Shown piece after piece: positions 1 to 8,549 of a stretch of DNA of 48,313 bases. Under the pieces are notes generated by a model that worked only from the letters and a program-made list of their open reading frames with translations, did not search any database and was not told the DNA's origin. Source of the stretch: Lentisphaeria bacterium (lineage in GTDB: Bacteria; Verrucomicrobiota; Lentisphaeria; Victivallales; Victivallaceae); contig JAFQLP010000021.1 in NCBI GenBank assembly GCA_017414565.1, positions 1-48,313 of the forward strand, read 5' to 3'. The first letter of the stretch is position 1, and each line of letters begins with the position of its first letter. The translations under genes and the position numbers were made by a program.

Positions 1-1020
1 GATTTTTTCGACCAGACCGAGTTGTTCCATGGCCTCCACCGTTTTGCGGCGCGCTTCAAAGCGTTCCAGACCGGCGAAGGCGGGGCCGCATTTTTCGTTG
101 AGGCTGGCATCCGGATTCATGATATTGATGACCGGCAGGTTGTGACGCTGGCCGACGGCAAAGTCGTTGGGGTCGTGTCCGGGGGTGATCTTGACACAGC
201 CGGTCCCCTTGGTCGGATCGGCGTGCTGGTCCGCAATGATCGGGATGGCCCGGTCGGTCAGCGGGAGATTGACAGTTTTGCCGATCAGGTGACGGTAGCG
301 TTCATCTTCCGGATTGACGGCCACGGCAGTATCGCCGAAGAGCGTTTCCGGGCGGGTGGTCGCCACCACCAGATAGCCGCTGCCATCGGTCAGCGGATAA
401 CGGAGATGGTAGAATTTGCCGTTTTCTTCCTTGTAGATGACTTCTTCATCGGAAAGGGCACTCTGGGCTTTCGGACACCAGTTGATCATGCGTTGGCCGC
501 GGTAGATGTAGCCTTTGTTGTAAAGATCGACAAAAACTTTGCGGACAGCCTGACTCAAACCTTCGTCCATGGTGAAGCGTTCCCGTTCCCAGTCGCAGGA
601 ACAGCCCAGTTTGCGGAGCTGGCGGATGATGGTGCCGCCGTATTTTTCCTTCCATTCCCAGACCCGGCGGATGAATTCATCGCGCCCGAGTTGATCGCGG
701 CCGGTGTTTTCTTCGGTACGGAGAAATTTTTCCACCCGGCTTTCGGTGGCGATACCGGCGTGGTCAGTCCCCGGGAACCAGGACACCGTTTCGCCGTGCA
801 TCCGGTGGTAACGGATCAGCAGGTCCTGCAGGGTGTTGTTCAGCACATGGCCGAGGGTCAGGATGCCGGTCACATTGGGCGGCGGGATCACGATGGAATA
901 GGGTTTTTTGTTTTTATCCGGCACGCCGTGGAAACAGCCGCGCTGTTCCCAGAGCGGATACCATTTTGCTTCGACTTCTGCCGGTTCGTATGCTTTGATC
1001 ATTTGCTGTTCAGCCGCCAT
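1..1020 (-). CDS. valS: Valine--tRNA ligase, N-terminal part (3' end lies beyond the window start)
   Basis: I translated the minus strand from the ATG at 1020..1018: MAAEQQMIKAYEPAEVEAKWYPLWEQRGCF...PYSIVIPPPNVTGILTLGHVLNNTLQD (class-I HIGH region)...TRPETLFGDTAVAVNPEDERY. GGAGAAGG lies 5 nt upstream of the ATG. There is no in-window stop, so it is absent from the ORF track. The + ORF 22..1056 is its antisense shadow. Confidence 0.9.
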   Translation of the reverse strand, partial: MAAEQQMIKAYEPAEVEAKWYPLWEQRGCFHGVPDKNKKPYSIVIPPPNVTGILTLGHVLNNTLQDLLIRYHRMHGETVSWFPGTDHAGIATESRVEKFLRTEENTGRDQLGRDEFIRRVWEWKEKYGGTIIRQLRKLGCSCDWERERFTMDEGLSQAVRKVFVDLYNKGYIYRGQRMINWCPKAQSALSDEEVIYKEENGKFYHLRYPLTDGSGYLVVATTRPETLFGDTAVAVNPEDERYRHLIGKTVNLPLTDRAIPIIADQHADPTKGTGCVKITPGHDPNDFAVGQRHNLPVINIMNPDASLNEKCGPAFAGLERFEARRKTVEAMEQLGLVEKI

Positions 1021-1052
1021 TTGTACCTTCTCCTGCTTTTGCGACAGATCTT

Positions 1053-1101
1053 TTGACTCTATGACACCCTCTTACTATATCATGCCATTCTATTTTTTAA
1101 A
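1053..1101. promoter_or_regulatory. Candidate divergent sigma-70-type promoters between valS and the Nudix operon
   Basis: Plus strand: TTGACT (1053-1058), 17 nt, TATATC (1076-1081). Minus strand: TTTAAA (1101-1096), 16 nt, TATAGT (1079-1074). Both -10 elements come from the same short AT-rich island, so the call is tentative. Confidence 0.35.
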
Positions 1102-1200
1102 GGGGAGGAGGGGTAAAACCGGGCCGGATCGTTTGCAATGCCGGCAAAGCCGATGTATGTTATCATCCGGGATGACAGTCTTGCGGGAAAGGCGGATGGG

Positions 1201-1722
1201 ATGACAGAAGAATGGTTTGATGTGGTGAATGATGCCGGTGAGATCATCGGCCGCGCGCCCCGCTGCCGTTGTCACGGTGATCCGTCGCTGATCCATCGCA
1301 CCGCCCATGTGGTGGTGATGCCCCCGGAGGGCGGCGCGGTGCTGCTGCAGTTGCGGGCCGCCGGCAAAGATATCCAGCCGGGTAAATGGGATACCGCTGT
1401 CGGCGGGCATCTGCTGGCGGGCGAGGATTACGAGTGTGCCGCCCGGCGCGAAATGAATGAAGAACTGGGGCTGCCGCCGGATCTGCCGTTGACGGTCTGT
1501 TTCGATGACCGCATCCGCAACCGGATCGAATCGGAGAATGTCCGGGTGTTCCGGACCGTATCCGCGGGTCCGTTTGCCTTCCAGCAGGAAGAGATCGATG
1601 AAGTTCGTTTCTGGCGTATGGATGAGATCGCAACGGAACTGTCCGCCGGGGGTGGCGCATTCACGCCGAATCTCTGCCGGGAACTGGCCCGGCTGCGGGA
1701 GTGTGGGATTTTGGATTTTTGA
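1201..1722 (+). CDS. Nudix hydrolase, YfcD-like
   Basis: Nudix box GGHLLAGEDYECAARREMNEELGL (GX5EX7REUXEEXGU). The N-terminus EWFDVVNDAGEIIG and the segment GPFAFQQEEIDEVRFW resemble E. coli YfcD. I placed the start at MTEEWFDV (1201). The track ORF allows 1138, but no SD precedes that codon. Confidence 0.75.
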   Translation: MTEEWFDVVNDAGEIIGRAPRCRCHGDPSLIHRTAHVVVMPPEGGAVLLQLRAAGKDIQPGKWDTAVGGHLLAGEDYECAARREMNEELGLPPDLPLTVCFDDRIRNRIESENVRVFRTVSAGPFAFQQEEIDEVRFWRMDEIATELSAGGGAFTPNLCRELARLRECGILDF

Positions 1723-1750
1723 TGCCTTTTGAGAAGGGAGTGTCGGAGAT

Positions 1751-2599
1751 ATGACGGGAAAAATCTGTTTTTGGGTTGTGATGGGGATCGCCGTGTGGTT
1801 GCCGTCGGCAGTTTCCGCGGCGGAACCGGCGGCACTGGACCCGCTGATGCAGACGGTGGTCGGTCAGGTGGAGCAGGATCTGCGCTACACCCACAATGTG
1901 CTGGGCCGCGATTTTGTGAGCCGTTTTCTGCATGACCGGCGGCGGCCGTGGTCCGCGTTGATCGGCGAAGAACTCCGGTGGCGGGAATTTTTGCGCGAAG
2001 CCCGCCAGTTTACCGATGACGGCAGTCCGTCCGGGCCGCTGCTGGCGGCGTTGGCGGAACAGCGTCGGCTGATCGACCGGATGCGTTATTTGCGGTGTCC
2101 GCTGCCGATTCGGGCGGTCAACCGGCAGATCCGGCATCTGCCGGTGTGGATGAACGGTTCGGAATCGCTGCTCCGGTTCGGGGAATTGATCGGTACGATC
2201 CCCGCCGCCGGTGATGAACCGGCCCGGCAGATCGCCATTGCGGCTTTGATCCCGGAATTTTCCCGGCGGGTGGTTTACAAAGATCAGGTTTATTTTTTCG
2301 GGGTGATGAAAGCATTGGCGGAGACCGGCGAAACCGTTGCCGTTGAACAGGGCGAAATGGTGTTGTGTATTTGGCTCAACGGCCGGAATATTTACAACAT
2401 GCCGCTGGGCAGCAATGCTCAAATCGTGGAATACCGGGTCGATCCGGAACGTTTGACCATTGTCAGTCTGGAACGGGATACGGCCGGCGGCGGACGCCGG
2501 GTGCTGCGGCGGATCCCCTATCAGTTGTTGATGCGTTTGCCGCAGACCGATGTACCGTTTGCGGCAGCCGCACTGTGTCAGCCCCGGGTGGCGCAATGA
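1751..2599 (+). CDS. Hypothetical secreted protein, 282 aa
   Basis: N-terminal signal-like segment MTGKICFWVVMGIAVWLPSAVSAAEP. GGAG-type SD upstream. The stop overlaps the rfbF ATG (ATGA). I recognise no family. Confidence 0.6.
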   Translation: MTGKICFWVVMGIAVWLPSAVSAAEPAALDPLMQTVVGQVEQDLRYTHNVLGRDFVSRFLHDRRRPWSALIGEELRWREFLREARQFTDDGSPSGPLLAALAEQRRLIDRMRYLRCPLPIRAVNRQIRHLPVWMNGSESLLRFGELIGTIPAAGDEPARQIAIAALIPEFSRRVVYKDQVYFFGVMKALAETGETVAVEQGEMVLCIWLNGRNIYNMPLGSNAQIVEYRVDPERLTIVSLERDTAGGGRRVLRRIPYQLLMRLPQTDVPFAAAALCQPRVAQ

Positions 2600-3411
2600 G
2601 CCGTCAGGAAGCATTCCCGCCGGTCATGATCCTGTGCGGCGGGCGCGGTACCCGGCTGCGGGATGTGACCGAAGTCCTGCCGAAACCGATGGTGCCGATC
2701 GGCGGACAGCCGATTTTGTGGCATATCATGCGTTCTTTTGCCGCATTCGGGGCCCGCAGGTTTATTTTGTGCCTCGGTTACAAACGCGAAGTCTTCGTTG
2801 ATTATTTTATGAACGGCGCGCTCCGGAGTACCGATGCCACGATCACGCTGGGCCGGGAACCTGCGGTGGTGTTTCATGAAGATCCGGTGGTCGAAGGCTG
2901 GGAGGTCACGCTGGCCGGGACCGGATTGGATACATTGACCGGCGGCCGGGTGTGGCAGGCGGCGCGTTATCTGCGGCCGGACGACCGGGAATTTTTCCTG
3001 TCATACGGCGACGGGCTGGCGGATATCGATTTGATGGCCCTGCTCCGGTGTCACCGGAACGGCGGAGCCGCGCTGACGGTGTCGGCGGTGCATCCCGAAA
3101 CCCGGTTCGGCGAATTGTCGCTGGCGGATGACCGGGTGACGGCATTTGCCGAGAAACCCGCCCAGACCGGCGGCTATATCAACGGCGGATACATGGTGCT
3201 GGACCGGCGTTTTATCGACGATTATCTGGCTCCGGACCCGGCGGCCGCTCTGGAACGGGAACCGATGGCCCGCGCCGCCGCCGCCGGTGATATGCGTGCC
3301 TACCGGCACGAAGGTTTCTGGCAATGTATGGACAATCAGCGGGAATATCTGCTGTTGAACGAAATTTGGGGTTCCGGTCAGGCTCCGTGGACAAGATACT
3401 GGGATAAATAA
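2596..3411 (+). CDS. rfbF: Glucose-1-phosphate cytidylyltransferase
   Basis: MSRQEAFPPVMILCGGRGTRLRDVTEVLPKPMVPIGGQPILWHIM shows the nucleotidyltransferase G-loop. There is end-to-end resemblance to RfbF/DdhA, including YRHEGFWQCMDNQREY. The internal ATG at 2596 overlaps the upstream stop. The longer track ORF from 2365 is an artefactual extension. Confidence 0.9.
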   Translation: MSRQEAFPPVMILCGGRGTRLRDVTEVLPKPMVPIGGQPILWHIMRSFAAFGARRFILCLGYKREVFVDYFMNGALRSTDATITLGREPAVVFHEDPVVEGWEVTLAGTGLDTLTGGRVWQAARYLRPDDREFFLSYGDGLADIDLMALLRCHRNGGAALTVSAVHPETRFGELSLADDRVTAFAEKPAQTGGYINGGYMVLDRRFIDDYLAPDPAAALEREPMARAAAAGDMRAYRHEGFWQCMDNQREYLLLNEIWGSGQAPWTRYWDK

Positions 3412-3413
3412 CC

Positions 3414-4490
3414 ATGTTTGGCGACAGATACCGCGGACGGCGCGTTGTCATCACCGGGCATACCGGATTCAAAGGTTCGTGGCTGGGATTCTGGCTGGAA
3501 CAGTTGGGGGCGGAGGTGACCGGTATTGCGTTGCCGATGACCGGGCCGAACCATTTTGCCCTGCTGCCCTGCGGCGGTCGTTCGGAATTATTCGACATCC
3601 GGGACCGGGAACGGTTGATCCGGGTGATGCGGCAGATCCGGCCGGAAATGGTTTTTCATCTGGCGGCCCAGCCGCTGGTGCTGGCCGGTTACCGGGATCC
3701 GGCCGGGACATTTGATACCAACGTGATGGGGACCGTAAATGTGCTGGAGGCCGTGCGGCAGACCCCGGAGGTGAAGGCGGTGGTCGTGGTGACATCGGAT
3801 AAATGTTACGCGGCAAATGATACCCGGCGGCCGTTCCGGGAGGGCGATCCGCTGGGGGGCGGCGATCCGTACAGTGCCAGTAAAGGCGCGGCGGAGATCG
3901 TGAGCGCGGCCTATGCCGGGAGTTATTTCAACGGCAATGGTCATCCGGCTCTGGTGGCAACGGCGCGGGCCGGAAATGTCATCGGCGGCGGCGATTGGGG
4001 CGCGGACCGGCTGGTTCCGGATCTGATGCGGGCCGCGGCTGACGGGAAAACCGCTGAATTGCGGCATCCGGAGGCGGTGCGGCCGTGGCAGCATGTGCTG
4101 GAACCTTTGAGCGGTTATCTGTGGCTGGGTGCGGCATTGCTGGCCGGCAGACGGGACTGTGCGGCGGCGTGGAATTTCGGTCCGGGCGCGGACCGGTCGG
4201 CGGTGACGGTCGGTGAAGCGGCGGCCATGCTGCAGAGCGCGTGGCCGGAGATCCGGTTCCGGAGCCGTCCGGATGCCAACGGTCCGGCCGAGACCGGGCG
4301 GCTGCAGTTGGATTGTTCCCGGGCGGATGCGCTGCTGCAATGGCGCGGCGTGTGGGATATGGCGGAAACATGCCGCCGGACGGCATTGTGGTACCGGGCA
4401 TGGTACCGGGAGCAGCGGGTCGAAACGGCCTCCGATTGGCGGGCCTATTGCGCTGCCGCGGCAGAGAAAGGTTTGGCATGGACAGAATAA
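3414..4490 (+). CDS. rfbG: CDP-glucose 4,6-dehydratase
   Basis: Rossmann motif VVITGHTGFKGSWL and catalytic YSASKGAAE (YxxxK). Length and gene order match RfbG/DdhB. Confidence 0.9.
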   Translation: MFGDRYRGRRVVITGHTGFKGSWLGFWLEQLGAEVTGIALPMTGPNHFALLPCGGRSELFDIRDRERLIRVMRQIRPEMVFHLAAQPLVLAGYRDPAGTFDTNVMGTVNVLEAVRQTPEVKAVVVVTSDKCYAANDTRRPFREGDPLGGGDPYSASKGAAEIVSAAYAGSYFNGNGHPALVATARAGNVIGGGDWGADRLVPDLMRAAADGKTAELRHPEAVRPWQHVLEPLSGYLWLGAALLAGRRDCAAAWNFGPGADRSAVTVGEAAAMLQSAWPEIRFRSRPDANGPAETGRLQLDCSRADALLQWRGVWDMAETCRRTALWYRAWYREQRVETASDWRAYCAAAAEKGLAWTE

Positions 4491-5806
4491 CACAGCTCCG
4501 GGATTCCATCTTGAAGCAGGTGGCGGAATATTACGAATTGGTTCACAAGCCGGATCAGACGGCCCCGTTTTCGCCGGGAGAAAGCCGGATCGGGTATGCC
4601 GGACGGGTTTTCGGGGCGGAGGAAATGGTCCAGCTGGTGGAGGCTTCGCTGGAATTCTGGCTGACCGCCGGTCGTTGGACGGCGGAATGGGAACAGGGAT
4701 TGGCCGATTTTCTCGGTGTCCCGGCGGTATTGAGCGTAAATTCCGGCAGTTCCGCCAATTTTCTGGCATTACAGGCGTTGACGGTGCCGCAGTTGGGGGA
4801 ACGGCAGATCCGGCGCGGTGACGAAGTCCTGACCGTGGCCTGCGGATTCCCCACCACGGTATCGCCGATCGTTCAGTATGGAGCCGTGCCGGTTTTTGTT
4901 GATGTGGATGCGGCTACGGGCAATGTGGATACCGAACAACTGGAGGCGGCCCGGAGTTCCCAAACCAAAGCGGTGATGCTGGCCCATACGCTGGGCAATC
5001 CTTTTGATCTGAAACGGGTCAAAGATTTCTGCGACCGTTACGGCCTGTGGCTGGTGGAGGACAATTGCGATGCGCTCGGTTCGCTTTATCAGGGGCGGTT
5101 AACCGGGACATTCGGGGATATCGGAACATCGAGTTTTTATCCGCCCCATCATCTTACGACCGGTGAAGGCAGCGCGGTCTATACCCGCAACAGCGAATTG
5201 CACCGGATTTTGCTGTCGCTCCGGGATTGGGGGCGCGACTGCCATTGTCCGACCGGGATGGATAATTGCTGCGGCAACCGTTTTTCGGGTCAATACGGGA
5301 CATTGCCGCCGGGGTATGACCACAAATATGTGTACCGTCATTTCGGCAGCAATCTGAAGATGACGGATCTGCAGGCTGCGATCGGCTGCGCCCAGTTGAA
5401 ACGGCTGCCGGAATTTATCCGGAAGCGGCGGGAAAATTTTGCGTTTTTGCGGGATGCGCTGGCGGATTTGCCGCAGATCCGGATCATGGAGGCGACCCCC
5501 GGCAGTGAACCGAGCTGGTTCGTTTTTCTGATGACCCTGACGCCGGATGCCGGTAAAGAACGCAACGATCTGGCCCGGTTTCTGGAATCCCGCCGGATCC
5601 AGACCCGCAATCTTTTTGCCGGAAATCTGACCCGGCACCCCTGTTTTGACGGATTGGTCCCCGGCCGTGATTACCGCATTGCGGCACCGTTGATCCGGAC
5701 CGACCGGTTGATGAACGATGCCCTGTGGATCGGGGTGTATCCGGGAATGACCGGTGAAAAACTGGATTATATGGCATCTTCGGTACGGGAATTTTTTGGA
5801 AAATGA
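4478..5806 (+). CDS. rfbH: CDP-6-deoxy-L-threo-D-glycero-4-hexulose-3-dehydrase (E1), DegT/RfbH family
   Basis: Starts at MDRITQLRD (ATG 4478, in frame with track ORF 4241..5806). It closely resembles Salmonella RfbH throughout. SFYPPHHLTTGEG carries His in the Schiff-base Lys position. I counted Cys-X57-Cys-X1-Cys-X7-Cys in the sequence (EDNC...RDCHCPTGMDNCC). Confidence 0.9.
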   Translation: MDRITQLRDSILKQVAEYYELVHKPDQTAPFSPGESRIGYAGRVFGAEEMVQLVEASLEFWLTAGRWTAEWEQGLADFLGVPAVLSVNSGSSANFLALQALTVPQLGERQIRRGDEVLTVACGFPTTVSPIVQYGAVPVFVDVDAATGNVDTEQLEAARSSQTKAVMLAHTLGNPFDLKRVKDFCDRYGLWLVEDNCDALGSLYQGRLTGTFGDIGTSSFYPPHHLTTGEGSAVYTRNSELHRILLSLRDWGRDCHCPTGMDNCCGNRFSGQYGTLPPGYDHKYVYRHFGSNLKMTDLQAAIGCAQLKRLPEFIRKRRENFAFLRDALADLPQIRIMEATPGSEPSWFVFLMTLTPDAGKERNDLARFLESRRIQTRNLFAGNLTRHPCFDGLVPGRDYRIAAPLIRTDRLMNDALWIGVYPGMTGEKLDYMASSVREFFGK

Positions 5807-7599
5807 AGGCGGCCGAAGCGATATTCCGGTTTCTGGCTGACCGCGGCGTGGATCTGGTTTTTCTGATCCCCGGCGGCGGGGCCATGCATTTGGATGATGC
5901 CATCGGGCGTGAATCCCGGCTGCGCTATGTGTGTCCCCTGCACGAACAGGCCTGTACCATGGCGGCCGAAGGGTATGCCCGGGTGTCCGGCCGTCCCGGG
6001 GTATGCTGTGTGACCAGCGGCCCGGGCGGGACCAATGCGATCACCGGGGTGCTGGGGGCGTGGACGGATTCGATCCCCATGCTGATTTTGTCGGGTCAGG
6101 TCAAACAGCAGACCACGATCCGGAGCGTGCCGGATCTGCCGCTCCGGCAGTTGGGTGATCAGGAGGCCGACATTGTTTCCATGGTCCGGCCCATCACCAA
6201 ATATGCCGCCATGGTGACCGATCCGGCATCGCTCGGGGCGGAATTGGCCAAGGCGTGGCATTTGTGCCGCACAGGACGGCCTGGGCCGGTCTGGCTCGAT
6301 ATTCCGCTGGATGTGCAGGCATCGGAGGTGGATTGGGCATCATTCTGCCAGCCGGAACCGGCCGCGCCGGAATGGGATGCCGGGGCCGCGGCGGCGGCGA
6401 TCGCGGCGGAATTGCAGCGGGCGGAACGGCCGGTGATCGTGGCCGGCAACGGGGTCCGGCTGGCGGGTCAGGCCGATGATTTTGCCGATTGGGCGGAGCG
6501 GCTCCGGATCCCGGTCCTGACGGCGATCGGCGGGATCGATCTGCTGCCGTCGGAACATCCGTTTTTCTTTGGACGGCCGGGGATCATTGGAGCCCGGGCG
6601 GCCAATTTTATTTTGCAGAATGCCGATGTCATGCTGGTGCTGGGGGCCCGGATGGGATTGCGGCTGATCGGATTTGATTGGGCATCCACCGGACGGGCGG
6701 CGCGGAAGATCATGGTCGATATCGATGCGGCGGAATTGGCCAAACCGACATTCCGGCCGGACCGGGCGATCCATGCCGATCTGGCGGTGTTGCTGCCGGA
6801 ATTGCGGCGGCGGCTGCCGGAATTGCCGGAATCGCCGTCCTGGCTGGCATATTGCCGTCGGTTGCGGGAGCGTTACCCGGTGGTGTTGCCGGAACAGCGG
6901 CGGCGGACGGATTATGTTTCCAGTTATCACCTGTCGGAACTGGTATCGGCGGCGGCCCCGGAAAACAGCATCATCGTTACCGGCAACGGGACTGCCTATA
7001 CCAGCACATTCCAAAGTCTGCCGGTGCGCCGCGGGATGCGGGTTTTTGCCAATCAGGGGTGTGCCTCCATGGGGTACGATCTGCCGGCGGCGATCGGCGC
7101 GGCTCTGGCGGCACCGGGGCGGACCGTGATCTGCTTTACCGGTGACGGCAGTCTGCAGATGAATCTGCAGGAACTCCAGACCTTGAAAAATCTGGCATTG
7201 CCGGTGAAACTGCTGGTTTACAACAATGCCGGGTATTTGTCGATCCGCCATACCCAGCGCGGGTTTTTCGGCGGGAATCTGGTGGGATCGGATGCTTCAT
7301 CCGGACTGCTGCTGCCGGAATGGGAAAAATTGGCGGCGGCGTACGGATTGCCCTTTGTCCGGTTCCGGGATCATCGGGAGGCGGCGGCGGGATTGGCGGC
7401 GGTGCTGTCGGTGCCGGGACCGTATCTGGTGGAGGTGATGACCGATCCCTGTGAGATCCTGGGGCCGAAAGCCGCATCGCGGGTATTGCCCGACGGGATC
7501 ATGGTATCGGCACCATTGGAGGATCTGGCACCGTTTCTGCCCCGTGAAGAATGGCGGGAAAATATGATCGTACCGCCGATCGAAGGAGATGAAAAATGA
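5803..7599 (+). CDS. Thiamine-diphosphate-dependent enzyme of the acetolactate-synthase large-subunit family (YerE-like candidate)
   Basis: N-terminal Pyr domain motifs [10 protein letters not shown] and [10 protein letters not shown]. ThDP-binding motif [34 protein letters not shown] (GDG-X-NN). ATGA overlap with rfbH. Confidence 0.8.
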   Translation: MKAAEAIFRFLADRGVDLVFLIPGGGAMHLDDAIGRESRLRYVCPLHEQACTMAAEGYARVSGRPGVCCVTSGPGGTNAITGVLGAWTDSIPMLILSGQVKQQTTIRSVPDLPLRQLGDQEADIVSMVRPITKYAAMVTDPASLGAELAKAWHLCRTGRPGPVWLDIPLDVQASEVDWASFCQPEPAAPEWDAGAAAAAIAAELQRAERPVIVAGNGVRLAGQADDFADWAERLRIPVLTAIGGIDLLPSEHPFFFGRPGIIGARAANFILQNADVMLVLGARMGLRLIGFDWASTGRAARKIMVDIDAAELAKPTFRPDRAIHADLAVLLPELRRRLPELPESPSWLAYCRRLRERYPVVLPEQRRRTDYVSSYHLSELVSAAAPENSIIVTGNGTAYTSTFQSLPVRRGMRVFANQGCASMGYDLPAAIGAALAAPGRTVICFTGDGSLQMNLQELQTLKNLALPVKLLVYNNAGYLSIRHTQRGFFGGNLVGSDASSGLLLPEWEKLAAAYGLPFVRFRDHREAAAGLAAVLSVPGPYLVEVMTDPCEILGPKAASRVLPDGIMVSAPLEDLAPFLPREEWRENMIVPPIEGDEK

Positions 7600-8549
7600 C
7601 AGGAAAACCGGTTATCAGCATTGCCACCGGCTGTTATAATGAGGTGGAAAACATTCCGGTCTTTTACCGCCGTATGATGGCGGTGCTGGCGCGCCATCCG
7701 GAATACGATTATGAATTTGTTGTGGCGGATAATTGTTCCACCGACGGCACCCGGGATGTGTTGCGGCAGCTGGCCGCCGCCGATCCGAAGTTCCGGGTCA
7801 TTTTGAATGCCAACAATTTCGGTCATATCCGGTCGCCCTACAACGCATTGCTGGAAACCCGCGGCGATCTGGTGCTTTATATCTGCAGTGACCTGCAGGA
7901 GCCGCCGGAAATGCTGGATGAATTTCTGAAAAAACATGACGAAGGTTATGCGGTGGTGTGCGGTGTCAAACCCCGAAGCCGGGAGAATGTGCTGATGTTT
8001 CAGGTGCGCCGTCTTTATTACCGGATGCTCAATGCGTGTTCGGAATCGCCGCAGATCGAGAATTTCACCGGTTTCGGGCTGTATGAACGGCGTTTTCTGG
8101 AGGCATTGAAGCGGTATCGCGACCCGTATCCCTATTTCCGGGGACAGGTGGCGGAGATCGGATTCCGGCGGACCGAAGTTCCGTTTGTTCAGGAACGGCG
8201 CATGGCAGGGCGTACCAAAAACAATTTTTTCACGCTGTACGATATGGCGATGACGGGGTTTGTGAATCACACCAAACTGCCGTTGCGGATCGCAGTTTTT
8301 CTGGGGTTGACCACCGGGATATTGAGTTTTTTGACGGCGGTTGGCTATTTTATCTACAAACTCTGTTTCTGGCGTGAATTTCAGGTCGGCATGGCACCGG
8401 TGGTGATCGGATTGTTTTTCCTGTCATCGGTGCAGCTGGTTTTTATCGGGGTGCTGGGGGAATATCTGGGGGCGGTCTGGACCCAGGTGCGGAACCGGCC
8501 GCTGGTGATCGAAGAAGAGAGATTGAATTTTGATGACGATCCCCGTTGA
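7596..8549 (+). CDS. GT2 polyprenyl-phosphate glycosyltransferase (ArnC/GtrB/DPM1 architecture)
   Basis: GT-A N-terminus ISIATGCYNEVENI...VADNCSTDGT...CSDLQEPPE. Two C-terminal hydrophobic helices (LPLRIAVFLGLTTGILSFLTAVGYFIY and MAPVVIGLFFLSSVQLVFIGVLGEYLG) are typical of lipid-phosphate sugar transferases. GGAG lies 8 nt upstream, and there is an ATGA overlap with the upstream gene. Confidence 0.8.
   Translation: MTGKPVISIATGCYNEVENIPVFYRRMMAVLARHPEYDYEFVVADNCSTDGTRDVLRQLAAADPKFRVILNANNFGHIRSPYNALLETRGDLVLYICSDLQEPPEMLDEFLKKHDEGYAVVCGVKPRSRENVLMFQVRRLYYRMLNACSESPQIENFTGFGLYERRFLEALKRYRDPYPYFRGQVAEIGFRRTEVPFVQERRMAGRTKNNFFTLYDMAMTGFVNHTKLPLRIAVFLGLTTGILSFLTAVGYFIYKLCFWREFQVGMAPVVIGLFFLSSVQLVFIGVLGEYLGAVWTQVRNRPLVIEEERLNFDDDPR

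Noticed and set aside
22-1056. A 344-aa plus-strand ORF at the left edge.
   Set aside because: The minus strand over the same interval translates into a textbook ValRS N-terminus. The + ORF is its mirror frame.
1100-1114. A strong SD-like run, AAAGGGGAGGAGGGG, in the valS/Nudix intergenic region.
   Set aside because: No ATG, GTG or TTG follows at a usable distance. The nearest start, at 1138, lies more than 20 nt downstream.
1163-1175. A 13-nt palindrome, TCATCC-G-GGATGA, upstream of the Nudix start at 1201.
   Set aside because: It is short and could equally be coding if the 1138 start is real. No second copy or partner regulator is in the window.
6256-6270. A second GG-N10-GC match (TGGCATttgtgccGC) to the sigma-54 promoter consensus.
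   Set aside because: It lies mid-gene, far from any start codon, and lacks the TT of the -12 element. I keep it only as an indication of the chance background for the hit at 7526-7540.
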